Source: a virus
Length of the DNA stretch: 64,000 bases
Strand: one strand, 5' to 3'
Virus record (IMG/VR): IMGVR_UViG_3300013108_000622
Span: 9,064 to 73,063 of that record
In this document: piece after piece, positions 19,637-29,905 of the stretch
Position numbering within the stretch: the stretch's first letter is position 1
How the letters are laid out: every line of letters begins with the position of its first letter
Position numbers and translations under genes: made by a program
Notes under the pieces: model-generated
Database searches by the model: none
Told to the model about the DNA's origin: nothing
What the model saw: the letters and a program-made list of their open reading frames with translations, nothing else

Positions 19637-21574
19637 ATGGCAAAATCAAAAAAACAAGAAGCCGATGAGCGAAGGCAAAAATATATTAACGATCTCTTAA
19701 CCTTTAATCAACGCACCGCAGCAGCTGCAAAACAAAAGGCAGAAGACGCAGCAAATCGACGAGCCGCTCGCCGTGCGGCAGAAGAGCGAGCAAATCATAA
19801 TGATAGAATGGATTCACATTCCCAAGACGCACAATCAGCAGCCCGAAATGCAGAAAATCGTTCCAGACAATTAGAAGAGCAACGCAGGCGTGATCCTGTA
19901 TCCCAATCACAACAAAATCAAAAAGTAAATGAGCAAATTAGGCAAAACGAGCGACGACAAGCAAGAACGGATGCCGCGTTTAAAAGAGCCGAAAATAGAG
20001 ATGATGCCGAAACCGAACAACGTCTTGTCCACCAGGCAATAGATAGGAATAATGGCGCAGCCGCTGCCGACGCATTACTACGTGGAGAAGAACCGGGTGA
20101 GAATTTTGTTTCTCGCTCTAGACCGCGACTAGTTGAACCTCGCAGGCAACGAGAAAAGACCAGTTTTGAAAGTGATATTGCTAAATTAAAACAAGAAAGA
20201 TACGACAGACAAATCGCCGACCGTGAAGAAGAACAATATTGGGAAAATTTTAATGCACAAGAGGACGCCAGAAGTGTTGATCAAATGCTCGAACGTCTTG
20301 ATGCTGAAAATGCCCGCTCAGAACGGTCAGAACGGTCAGCCCTTTCGCGCCGGGTCGGGACAGCATTCAATTCTGAACCGGAAAGAGCAAAGAACTTACA
20401 AAAACTAGCAAAACAACACCAACAGGAATTAGCCAATAGACAAGCAGCTGAACAAAGGGCTCAAGAAACTGTCAAAGCCGAAAAACGTGCGAATGCTGTA
20501 AATAATCTTAACAAAAATGTTAAGAATTTAACCCCAGCAGAACTAATAAAACGCAGAGAAAAAAGAGCTTTACAAACAAGGCAAAAAAAGTTTGATATAG
20601 CCGAGAAAAAAAGACTTCGAGCAGAAAATCTCGCCAAGGCCGCAGCCAAAAGGAAGGCAGCCGCAGAAGCCAAAGCAGCTCGAAGATTTGGTACAAACCC
20701 GGTAGCAAAACTTGGCTCTCAAAATAAACCAAAAGGGTTTAACTCCGGGAATCAAAAACCATTCGGAGGAGATCCTGCCAATGGTATGATAGCAGACCCA
20801 TCAGATGTCCTAGCTAATCAAAAAATGCAGTATATCGAGGTCTATAGTTTGGTTTCTGGCTACACTACTGCATTCAAGGCATATATTACAAATTATCAAG
20901 ATAACTTTAAATCTGATTGGTCTAGAACACAAGTTTATGGCAGGATGGATCCTATTGTTAATTTTAAAAATACCACAAGACAGATAGTCTGTGAGTTTGA
21001 TATCCCTGCTGTATCACCTGAAGAAGCAAAACAAAATATGGAAAGGATTTCAACTCTTGTTCAAATGTTGTATCCTTCATATGAAGAAGAAGGTGCATTC
21101 GGAAGCCAACAACCAGGCGCTCGAAGCTTTCCGGGGTCAACTATAAAGGGAGCACCAATGGTGAAAATTTCTTTTATGAATTGGATTCAGCATGCTGGCA
21201 AAATGCATGCTGAAGCTTCAACATCCGGCTTGATGGGATATTTGGATGGGTTTAGTTTTAACCCAGAAATGAAAGATACAGGATTTTTCCAAGGCAAATG
21301 GCCAACTGGCAGACATTCGGCATATTTATACCCAAAATCAATTCAAGCAAGTTTTACCTTGAATGTGATTCACGAACATGAGCTTGGTTGGGTGCAAGTT
21401 GATAATAAAATGATTCCACGTCAAGGCAATTTTCCATATGGTTTAGAGTCAGGAGACAAAACAAGCTTCAGAAAACCTACAACCTTTGAACAAGAAAACA
21501 GCGGAAAGAATGACAACATAAATGAAGCGAAGGCAATAAGCATAACTTTCGGCGGGGAGGATCCATTTGAATGA
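19637..21574 (+). CDS. baseplate/tube-initiator-like protein with a long charged N-terminal extension
   Basis: C-terminal FKAYITNYQDNF.SDW..VYGRMDPI..F..TTR domain; N-terminal E/R/Q/A helix. Confidence 0.6.
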   Translation: MAKSKKQEADERRQKYINDLLTFNQRTAAAAKQKAEDAANRRAARRAAEERANHNDRMDSHSQDAQSAARNAENRSRQLEEQRRRDPVSQSQQNQKVNEQIRQNERRQARTDAAFKRAENRDDAETEQRLVHQAIDRNNGAAAADALLRGEEPGENFVSRSRPRLVEPRRQREKTSFESDIAKLKQERYDRQIADREEEQYWENFNAQEDARSVDQMLERLDAENARSERSERSALSRRVGTAFNSEPERAKNLQKLAKQHQQELANRQAAEQRAQETVKAEKRANAVNNLNKNVKNLTPAELIKRREKRALQTRQKKFDIAEKKRLRAENLAKAAAKRKAAAEAKAARRFGTNPVAKLGSQNKPKGFNSGNQKPFGGDPANGMIADPSDVLANQKMQYIEVYSLVSGYTTAFKAYITNYQDNFKSDWSRTQVYGRMDPIVNFKNTTRQIVCEFDIPAVSPEEAKQNMERISTLVQMLYPSYEEEGAFGSQQPGARSFPGSTIKGAPMVKISFMNWIQHAGKMHAEASTSGLMGYLDGFSFNPEMKDTGFFQGKWPTGRHSAYLYPKSIQASFTLNVIHEHELGWVQVDNKMIPRQGNFPYGLESGDKTSFRKPTTFEQENSGKNDNINEAKAISITFGGEDPFE

Positions 21575-21915
21575 TAACACGTTATGGGGCAAGAAATATC
21601 TTATTGACTGGCGCAGGGACTACATATAAAGATATAATAGGCAGGAGAAATTTACGATTCGTGGGTCATTATGCAACTCCTGATATGGACTTCCCAAGTC
21701 CACAAGAAATAGCAAATTTAAAAACAATAAGTCATGTTTGGAAGGAAGGTGATCGATTGTGGAAATTAGCTGCCCAACACTATGATGGCAAAGCCCATTT
21801 GTGGTGGGTAATTGCTTGGTTCAACCAGGCACCAACGGAATCGCATTTAAAAATTGGAGATATTGTTTATATACCAACTCCATTAAGAAAAGTTTTGAAT
21901 TATTTGGATGTTTAG
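21571..21915 (+). CDS. LysM-like baseplate wedge protein (gp53-like)
   Basis: HVWKEGDRLWKLA..Y...LWWVIAWFN...GDIVYIP. Confidence 0.75.
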   Translation: MITRYGARNILLTGAGTTYKDIIGRRNLRFVGHYATPDMDFPSPQEIANLKTISHVWKEGDRLWKLAAQHYDGKAHLWWVIAWFNQAPTESHLKIGDIVYIPTPLRKVLNYLDV

Positions 21916-21917
21916 TT

Positions 21918-24794
21918 ATGAGCTTAGAAGCTGATAAAATTATAGAAGACGTGGAGTTTGATGATCAGTCCTTTTTGTGGGATTTCATCGACAAGTTTCA
22001 AAACTATGGTGTAAATGTTGTCGATGACAAAATGGAGCAAAAATATCAATATGAGAACTTCATCCAATTGCATGATGAGGATCCAATCTCTTTAGTTAAT
22101 AAATTATCTGCCGATGGTATTGACTCAATAATGGAACTAACGACAGCGCAGGCGTCTATGTTGATTCCAAAAATCAAACTTTATAAGGTAAAGAGCCACA
22201 AAGAAAAGGATAAAAAAGTTGAAATCCTTTTTCCATTTGGCGGGCACTCAACTTTGGAGTCGATTACCAATAGCGACCTAGATAGGGGAACAGACGCTGG
22301 TATTGTTAGTGTTGATATCCGAGATACAGGGTTCAACCCCGCCAATGTCGGAATTGCATTTGAGGGAGATATAAAGTTACACTTTCAATCATTTCAATCT
22401 ATTTTTATGGAGCGATATGTTGGCAATGAAATTATTTCTTTTGCAGAATTGCTCGATCAACAGGGGGCGACAGGAATAATAAAGACCGAAGCCAAAGCCG
22501 CTGCCCAATCAAAAGACCCAGGAATCGATGCACCCATGATTAAAATGGTTGTTGGATGGCAAACCCCTCCAATTCCAGTAAAAAAAGATGGCTTCGATTC
22601 CCCAATTTCAATAATAGATTCAGGAACTATAGAAAAAATTGAAAAGCTAACAAGATCATATATAATCCTGCCAACCAGGAATAACTTAAAAATCAATGAT
22701 GACGCTTCAGTGACTGTCACAATAAATTTTGCAGCAAGAATTGAGGGTAGAACACTTGGCGCTGATGCAGACTTGTTGAATGTTGGAAACTATGATCCTG
22801 ACGCCGCAGAAAAAATTAAAAACCTAAAAAGCCAGCGAGATAAATTAAAGAAAGACTATGCAAAGCTGAAAAAAACATTCAGAGGAAAGTATAAAAAAAT
22901 CCCACCATTAAGTAAAACGACAGCCATCTTTGACCCCGACCAGAGCGGAGCATCAGTGACCGCTGGTGCCGAAACGGGAGAAGCAGTAGGACAAGCAGCC
23001 GGAGCAGGTATGGCGGTTCTCGGTGTCGCCGCAGTCGCCTCAGGAGTGGGGGCTGTTGGCGTTGCCGCAATCGCTGGCGCAGGAGCACTAGCACCGGCTG
23101 CGGGTGAAGCAATCGGCGGTCAATTTGACCCGGATGCTGAACAGATTCAACTTACAAATCTTGCAGATAGTAGATTTGATGGAGATGAAGCAAAAGCAAA
23201 AGATTACAAAACAAGCAAGGCTCAGCTTGAGGAAATTAAACGGAAATATAAACAATTGGCTGTACAATCTCGACAAATTGCTTATAGTAGTTTTTTAAAT
23301 AGAGTAAGGAATAGCCCAAGAGGAACGAAAAGACTGTTCCAAGTAAAAATCCCTAGAGAAGCTTACGCTTTATACGAAGAGTTGTTAACCGGTGCAAAAG
23401 AATTTTTTGAAAAAGATAAACAAGAGAGAAAAGAAAATAAACGACAAAATGTTTTTGATAATAGTTTTCAAAGATTAAGAAAAAATTCAAAAATTGATAT
23501 TCAAAATAAAATTTCTAAATCCCTAAATAAACCAGGCGTATGGTCAGAAATGAATCCCAATGCCAAACTTGGTCTTACAAAAAAAGATTTGGGTAATAAA
23601 AATCAATACCAAAAACAATCCAAATATGTTAAAAGAGCGGAACAATGGACAGGAATTTATAACGACTCGGATGATATTAAATTAAAAGATAGTTATGTTC
23701 TAACTTATTTTTATCTAGGTGATTTGTTGGAGTCGGTAATGTCTATGTGTTGGGACAAACCAATCAACTCTGATTCTGATTCAAGCGGCAAAAACACACG
23801 TGACGATAAAAGATATAGAGAGCAAATTAGGTTGTTGTCTGGACCATTTAATTATGTAGACCCAGATACTGGGAAAACAAGAAATATCTCTATTGCTGAT
23901 ATTCCCGTATCTTTAGAGTTTTTTAATGCTTGGTTTGTGGACCGCGTGGTAAAAAGGAAGATAGATAAATACCCGTTGCGGGCCTTTTTGAGAGATTTGT
24001 GTTCTAGATTGTTGAACAATGTCTTGTCTCCAAAACGATTTGGTCCACTAAATTTCAACAAACAAATAAAAACCAGAGTGATGCCTGTGTGGAGAAAGAA
24101 AGGTGATCCAATATCTCAAAAGTGGAAAAAAAACATAAACTATCAAAACGGTGATATCACAAGGTTAAAAGCTAACAACCTGGCAAACACAGATAGTGGT
24201 ATCACAACAGATATAGAACCCTATCTTTTCCTATACGTTGTTGGAAGCGTAACCGATTTTTTAAATGCAGAATATGAGCAGGATATAGAAAATAACATCC
24301 CACATTTTGCTGTTGGAGCCGAAAATGGGATTGTTAAGAAAATAGATTTTTCTCGTACAAAAATTAAGTATAAGTTAGAGTCTGAATTGTCTAAACAATC
24401 TGGATTAGCCAGAGGGAATCTGCTCTTGGCGGATCAATATGATTCAAACTTAACCCTGTTAGGCAATCCAGCGTTCAAACCTGGTTCTCTGTTATTTATC
24501 GACACTAAAGCTTTGGGTCTTGGTGTGACAAGAGGTAAGAGCACAGTTGGTGCGCTTTCTGGTAAGCCAATTGAAGTAGAGCCTCAGTGGAGAGCAGACC
24601 TTGGGATAGGCGGATATTACAGGGTAGTAAATGTTGCACACAAGATCAACGAAAGTGTCTTTGAAACAACATTAGAGACGATTAGTGAGTTCTCTTATCG
24701 TTCGCTCCAAAGAAAAAGGAACAAGTCGGTAACTTCTCAATCAAAAAAGAATAATAGTGTACAAACTAGGCTGATAAACGCAAACAAACAATAA
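21918..24794 (+). CDS. baseplate hub-like protein
   Basis: C-terminal LTLLGNP.F.PG...GGYYRVVNVAH.I...FETTLE hub motif; true start at ATG 21918. Confidence 0.6.
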   Translation: MSLEADKIIEDVEFDDQSFLWDFIDKFQNYGVNVVDDKMEQKYQYENFIQLHDEDPISLVNKLSADGIDSIMELTTAQASMLIPKIKLYKVKSHKEKDKKVEILFPFGGHSTLESITNSDLDRGTDAGIVSVDIRDTGFNPANVGIAFEGDIKLHFQSFQSIFMERYVGNEIISFAELLDQQGATGIIKTEAKAAAQSKDPGIDAPMIKMVVGWQTPPIPVKKDGFDSPISIIDSGTIEKIEKLTRSYIILPTRNNLKINDDASVTVTINFAARIEGRTLGADADLLNVGNYDPDAAEKIKNLKSQRDKLKKDYAKLKKTFRGKYKKIPPLSKTTAIFDPDQSGASVTAGAETGEAVGQAAGAGMAVLGVAAVASGVGAVGVAAIAGAGALAPAAGEAIGGQFDPDAEQIQLTNLADSRFDGDEAKAKDYKTSKAQLEEIKRKYKQLAVQSRQIAYSSFLNRVRNSPRGTKRLFQVKIPREAYALYEELLTGAKEFFEKDKQERKENKRQNVFDNSFQRLRKNSKIDIQNKISKSLNKPGVWSEMNPNAKLGLTKKDLGNKNQYQKQSKYVKRAEQWTGIYNDSDDIKLKDSYVLTYFYLGDLLESVMSMCWDKPINSDSDSSGKNTRDDKRYREQIRLLSGPFNYVDPDTGKTRNISIADIPVSLEFFNAWFVDRVVKRKIDKYPLRAFLRDLCSRLLNNVLSPKRFGPLNFNKQIKTRVMPVWRKKGDPISQKWKKNINYQNGDITRLKANNLANTDSGITTDIEPYLFLYVVGSVTDFLNAEYEQDIENNIPHFAVGAENGIVKKIDFSRTKIKYKLESELSKQSGLARGNLLLADQYDSNLTLLGNPAFKPGSLLFIDTKALGLGVTRGKSTVGALSGKPIEVEPQWRADLGIGGYYRVVNVAHKINESVFETTLETISEFSYRSLQRKRNKSVTSQSKKNNSVQTRLINANKQ

Positions 24795-24821
24795 CAATTT
24801 TTATTACGGATATTTATAGAC

Positions 24822-26918
24822 ATGGCAATTAAACCAAATCATCCATCTAGGGAGTCTGAAGTTGATGACTCAAAGTATGAATCGAAAAACGGCTACACGA
24901 TTGTTAAAGATGTCCAACCTCCACAGGGCGAAAATAGTCTTGGCGCACAAGACATGTTCCTTCAAAGAAAGTATTATAAAGAACAGATTTACCCGAATCA
25001 ATTCATCGCTGCCACTCCCATCGATATGTGGTATGACAAAAAAAAACAATTTTTTGGAAAGGTTGACCCAGAAGGACTTGCAATTTATGCTGACAATTCT
25101 AAACTAAAGCAACTAGTAAGCTTAAACGACTCAAATATTTTTGCTTTAGACTTTGTTGCTGATGCCTTTGAAGACTTCAAAAGCAATTTTCTTTTTTTAA
25201 ATAAGAAACAAGTCGCTGGTACTCCATTCGCAACTTTGGATCCCCAAAGAGGTGCGAGACAAGTATTAAAAGATTATGACGTATGGATGGATGAAGTTTA
25301 TACCAGATTCTCTTCAGGCTTTATGTCCGATGTAAATAATCAAAATAGTTTAATCGACTTTGGAAGTTTCATGAAATTGTTTAAAAAGTTCGTTAAATTT
25401 AATTATGGTGAAATGCCAGTTACTCTTTCGCAATATATTTACTCTCCACTAGCGGCTTCGACCATCAGCGGGTTGATGATTGAGGTCACACTAGACAAAC
25501 ACGGAAACGATCTGAATAAATATAACCATTTTATTTCTGATAAGAATTTTTTGTGCTTTGCTAATTCGGCTCAAAAATATGGATTTAAAATTGATAAGAA
25601 TATGCCCGGTCGATTGATCGCTGACATTAAGTCACCAGCAATGAAAAAATATATGGATGTTTACCCAAAACAGCCGAAGCCATTTATCTTAGAGCCACCG
25701 CAAGCACCTACAGCAAACCCACCGCAGCCCCCATCACAAGTAGAGGCGGAGCCGCTTGAACCCGGTGATTTTGTGGAGTTTGTAGTGATGGTTCCGACTA
25801 CGCCAGACGTTTCTTTGCCAAACCTTATTTTAAGAGATCACAGTTTGGTGCAGGACAGATATCTATCCCCAGGCACAAAATCTAAAATAGTAAATGATGC
25901 TGAATCTGGTCAGAAGAAAAATATGCTCACTTCTTTGATTGAGCACAATAAGGGTAATAATGGCGGGATGGTGCCTGTGCTTTATCGGGGAAAAATATTA
26001 GAGACATCCCCAACAGATAGGTTAACAGATCAGTCTGGATATAAACCATTTTTCGATCCCAATGGGGAAAAATATTATATTATTGATGTTGACCAAACAC
26101 GCCCATTTGGAAACACCTCAAACGTACACATTACAGATGCCAATACAATTGCCAGAAATCATTACGGAACATCTTATGAAAACATAAACTTGCCCACATC
26201 GGGAAGAACGAGAAGGTATGTTAGAGGGCAATTAACAACTGAATCCTTCGCCCAACCAGAATTGGTAATCTCAATGGAAGTCCCAGCCGATGCTGTACAC
26301 TTGTCTGCAACAAGAAACGAAACAGCAGTACGAAGATTCATAGAGAGGACAACATACAAACAAAGATATGAACAGTGGGAAAGAGCAAACGATGAATATT
26401 ATGAAATCTGGGAACAGACTACACTAAGGGATTACAATAGATTATATAATACATGGTCGCAGAAAAAAGAACAATATGAGATTGACTTAGAAGAATATGA
26501 ATCAAGCCCAAGGTTGTCCACAAACAATGTTATTGGCAACAGAATGATTCGTTCATCTGATGTTGATATGTATCTACTTAAACAAATTTGTATGCAATTT
26601 TATCACTCATATGTGACTGATCATCCTATCGTTTCACCTACAACCTTCACCACTTGCAAAAATGGCACTTATGGAACTAAAAAATTAGCAATCTATAGAG
26701 AGCAGATTACAAAATCTATTATCGAACAAAAATTTAATGATTCATATTGGCTTGATCAAATTATACAAATTAGGTATTATGAAACAGGATTAAAATTGCC
26801 TAAAAAAACATTAAATAAATATCGAAACCAAGCGCAACTATTGTTAAAAAATAACGGGGGTCAACAAGCGATGTTATACATTAATAAAGAGTTTAGGAAA
26901 TTGCTATTGACAACCTGA
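24822..26918 (+). CDS. hypothetical late protein
   Basis: 698 aa ORF preceded by GATATTTA motif. Confidence 0.55.
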   Translation: MAIKPNHPSRESEVDDSKYESKNGYTIVKDVQPPQGENSLGAQDMFLQRKYYKEQIYPNQFIAATPIDMWYDKKKQFFGKVDPEGLAIYADNSKLKQLVSLNDSNIFALDFVADAFEDFKSNFLFLNKKQVAGTPFATLDPQRGARQVLKDYDVWMDEVYTRFSSGFMSDVNNQNSLIDFGSFMKLFKKFVKFNYGEMPVTLSQYIYSPLAASTISGLMIEVTLDKHGNDLNKYNHFISDKNFLCFANSAQKYGFKIDKNMPGRLIADIKSPAMKKYMDVYPKQPKPFILEPPQAPTANPPQPPSQVEAEPLEPGDFVEFVVMVPTTPDVSLPNLILRDHSLVQDRYLSPGTKSKIVNDAESGQKKNMLTSLIEHNKGNNGGMVPVLYRGKILETSPTDRLTDQSGYKPFFDPNGEKYYIIDVDQTRPFGNTSNVHITDANTIARNHYGTSYENINLPTSGRTRRYVRGQLTTESFAQPELVISMEVPADAVHLSATRNETAVRRFIERTTYKQRYEQWERANDEYYEIWEQTTLRDYNRLYNTWSQKKEQYEIDLEEYESSPRLSTNNVIGNRMIRSSDVDMYLLKQICMQFYHSYVTDHPIVSPTTFTTCKNGTYGTKKLAIYREQITKSIIEQKFNDSYWLDQIIQIRYYETGLKLPKKTLNKYRNQAQLLLKNNGGQQAMLYINKEFRKLLLTT

Positions 26919-26935
26919 ATTATATGTGATATTTT
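26907..26935 (+). promoter_or_regulatory. sigma70-type promoter, probably leaderless for the polA-like gene
   Basis: TTGACA-N17-TATTTT with TGn extension; ATG 7 nt downstream. Confidence 0.65.
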
Positions 26936-26942
26936 ATGAAAT

Positions 26943-28145
26943 ATGTTATTTCAAATAATAGATAACAAACGAGCTTGTCCAAATATATATCTTAACAATA
27001 AGATTGTTTCCGATCCAGATTACAGTAATTTAACTGGAACTTGGTCTTATGATCCTATGTTTAATAAACATGATATTAAATATGCCTCTTTATATGCTGA
27101 AGGCGACAGCCTTGATGATTGCTGTCCCGATAACTTAATCCCAAAATGGGAAGAAGTCAAGCAAAAACACGTGGCTTTCTTTAAATCTTTTAATATTGCC
27201 AAGGTAAATTTTCAAGATTATTGTCTATACGATCTTCTTCCTGAGTCTTTTGTGAGTGAGTATTTTGAGACAAAAAATAAAATAACACAACATGTTTTTG
27301 ATAGCTATGAAATCCCGACAAATTATGATTTTTTGGTGGAGTTGTCTGATCTGGTGGCATCGATTCAGAGCCAGAGATTGATCATAGACACAAGTTTGAT
27401 GGATGAGAACATACACGAATTAAGGGTTAGAAAGATAAAAGAAAAATTAATGAACATTGAGCCAGTTGTTTCTTATAATGTGTTTGGAACAATTACTGGC
27501 AGATTAACAACCAAGAAAAATTCATTCCCTCTTTTGACCTTGGATAAAAATTATAGAAATATAATACAACCCAATAATGATTGGTTTATTGAGTTAGACT
27601 TTAATGCTGCTGAATTGCGCTGTCTTTTGGCACTCAACGAACAACCCCAACCTTGCGAGGATATACATAAGTGGCACGGGAAAATATTAAATAAATTATA
27701 CGACCACAGGATGGAAAGAGATGAAATTAAACGTAAGATTTTTAGCTGGCTTTATGGACCAGCGAATGTTTCTCTTGGTATCCCAGAGATTGAAAGGTTT
27801 TATGATAAAGAAAAGGTAATTGAAAAATATTGGGATGGTGAAGAAGTGGTAAACCCATTTGGAAGGCGCATAAAGGCGGATCATTTTCATTCACTTAATG
27901 CAATAATCCAAAGCACAACCTCCGACACTTTTTTACGTCGTGCAATTGCGGTAAATAAACTCCTGAATGGTAGAAAGTCCTTTACAATGGGGCTCATTCA
28001 TGATAGTATGGTAATTGATTTTGATCGTAATGACAAAGATCTTCTAGAAGAATTAATGGTTGAGTTCGGGAATACCGATTTGGGTATTTTTAAAGTTAAT
28101 GCAAGTTTGGGAACAAACTTTGGTAATATGAGGAAGTTTAGATGA
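26943..28145 (+). CDS. compact family A DNA polymerase
   Basis: TITGRL, DFNAAELR (motif A), K..FSWLYG (motif B), NAIIQST.SD, IHDS (motif C). Confidence 0.8.
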   Translation: MLFQIIDNKRACPNIYLNNKIVSDPDYSNLTGTWSYDPMFNKHDIKYASLYAEGDSLDDCCPDNLIPKWEEVKQKHVAFFKSFNIAKVNFQDYCLYDLLPESFVSEYFETKNKITQHVFDSYEIPTNYDFLVELSDLVASIQSQRLIIDTSLMDENIHELRVRKIKEKLMNIEPVVSYNVFGTITGRLTTKKNSFPLLTLDKNYRNIIQPNNDWFIELDFNAAELRCLLALNEQPQPCEDIHKWHGKILNKLYDHRMERDEIKRKIFSWLYGPANVSLGIPEIERFYDKEKVIEKYWDGEEVVNPFGRRIKADHFHSLNAIIQSTTSDTFLRRAIAVNKLLNGRKSFTMGLIHDSMVIDFDRNDKDLLEELMVEFGNTDLGIFKVNASLGTNFGNMRKFR

Positions 28146-28753
28146 AAAGAATATTTAATCGAAGTAAGCTATTAAAAGATGCAGAATTAAGATATGCTCC
28201 AGTTGTTATTCGAGTTGAAAAATTCACACCCGAATCGGCATTAAAGTTTCAAGAAAAAATGGAACTCGCCCACAATACTGGCCAACCAGTAATCCCTATT
28301 GTTATTGATTCTTACGGTGGTCAAGTTTATAGTTTGATGGCTATGATCGCACAAATCAAAAGCTCTGAAATCCCAGTGGCTACAATTATTGAAGGTAAGG
28401 CAATGTCTTGTGGGGCAATCCTAGCAACCTTTGGCCAAAAAGATATGAGATATATGGATCCTAATGCGACAGTAATGATACATGATGTTTCCTCAATGGC
28501 GTGGGGCAAAATAGAAGAATTAAAATCTAGCACTGACGAGGCAGCCCGATTAAACACTATAGTGTTCCAAATGATGGCCAAAAATTGTGGAAAGAAAAAA
28601 AATTATTTTCTAGATATCGTACATGATAAGGGTCATTCCGATTGGTACTTGGATGCAGATGAATGTGTAAGTCACAATATTGTGCAACACTTGGAATTAC
28701 CACAGTTAAAAGTTGATATCGAGGTTAATTTCGAATTCGGCACCGGAGAATAA
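28142..28753 (+). CDS. clpP: ClpP-like protease
   Basis: IDSYGG, AMSCG (Ser), MIHD (His), DWYL (Asp). Confidence 0.8.
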   Translation: MKRIFNRSKLLKDAELRYAPVVIRVEKFTPESALKFQEKMELAHNTGQPVIPIVIDSYGGQVYSLMAMIAQIKSSEIPVATIIEGKAMSCGAILATFGQKDMRYMDPNATVMIHDVSSMAWGKIEELKSSTDEAARLNTIVFQMMAKNCGKKKNYFLDIVHDKGHSDWYLDADECVSHNIVQHLELPQLKVDIEVNFEFGTGE

Positions 28754-28756
28754 TTA

Positions 28757-29068
28757 ATGGCTTCTAAAAAATATAATAAGTTGGTAAGAGACAAGATTCC
28801 AGAAATTATAAAAAGCAAAGGAAAAACCTGTATCACAGTGACCGCTACCCAGAAGGTATATTTGCAAAAACTAAGAGAGAAATTGTTAGAGGAGGCGAAT
28901 GAATTTTTTGAGAATCCATCTTTGGAAGAATTGGCAGATGTTCAAGAGGTTGTGTGTGCTATTGAAAATGCCTATAACTGGGATAGTTTGCTTCTTGCAA
29001 GGCTTGACAAGAGAATCGAGCGAGGATCTTTTAAAAAGAGGATAATTTTAAAAGAGGTGTCTGAGTAG
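28757..29068 (+). CDS. MazG-like/phosphoribosyl-ATP pyrophosphohydrolase family NTP pyrophosphatase
   Basis: YNKLVRDKIPEII...KLLEE..E...EELADV.EV. Confidence 0.8.
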   Translation: MASKKYNKLVRDKIPEIIKSKGKTCITVTATQKVYLQKLREKLLEEANEFFENPSLEELADVQEVVCAIENAYNWDSLLLARLDKRIERGSFKKRIILKEVSE

Positions 29069-29071
29069 GTT

Positions 29072-29905
29072 ATGGAAACTGTGATTGGACTTGGCCAAGC
29101 TGGTTGTGTGATAGCTGATGAATTTGCAAAATATCCGCAATATTCTATTAAAAAAATCGATGTTGGGTTGCCGAAGACAAAGACCACCTTCCCGATAAAA
29201 GAGTATGAAAAGCTTGAAGATTATGAGGAAAAACTCCCAACACTACAGCATTTTTTTAGGGGAGTGAGGGGCGATATATTATTTGTTGTTGCCGGTGGTG
29301 GAAAAGTATCTTCAGCATCATTAACTGTTTTAAAATATTTAAAAAATAAATGCAACATCAGTGTTCTATATATTCAACCAGAATTATCTTTACTGAACGA
29401 TGTCCAACAGAAGTTGGAAAAACTGGTCTACAATGTTTTCCAACAATATGCAAGGTCCGGCTTATTCGAAAGACTTTATTTGGTATCTAATGAACAGATC
29501 GACTCTATTTTAGGGGGTTCTCCCATAAAAGATTACAATAATAACATTAATCATATGATCACTTCAACAATTCATATGATTAATATTTACAAAAACAATC
29601 AAGCAGTGACAGACACTTTTTGCCAACTACCCGTAGGGGCTAGGATTTCCACTATTGGGATGAAAAATATAGAAAAAAATGAAGACATGGTGTATTTTAA
29701 CCTTGACAGCGTGTCAGATATGGTGTATTATTACGCATATAACAAATCGAAACTTGAATCTGATTCAAATATAATGAGCAACATTAAAAACAACATTACA
29801 GAGAATAAGAAATCAGGGATTAGAACAACATATGGCATTTATGAAACAGATTATGAAGAAGATTATATTTATTGTCTGTCTCATACGTCGATAATTCAAA
29901 AATAA
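29072..29905 (+). CDS. divergent tubulin/FtsZ-family protein
   Basis: VIGLGQAGCVIA N-terminal loop; AGGGKVSS at the signature position; LVSNE. Confidence 0.6.
   Translation: METVIGLGQAGCVIADEFAKYPQYSIKKIDVGLPKTKTTFPIKEYEKLEDYEEKLPTLQHFFRGVRGDILFVVAGGGKVSSASLTVLKYLKNKCNISVLYIQPELSLLNDVQQKLEKLVYNVFQQYARSGLFERLYLVSNEQIDSILGGSPIKDYNNNINHMITSTIHMINIYKNNQAVTDTFCQLPVGARISTIGMKNIEKNEDMVYFNLDSVSDMVYYYAYNKSKLESDSNIMSNIKNNITENKKSGIRTTYGIYETDYEEDYIYCLSHTSIIQK
29703..29731 (+). promoter_or_regulatory. internal sigma70 promoter for ssb
   Basis: TTGACA-N17-TATTAT. Confidence 0.6.
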
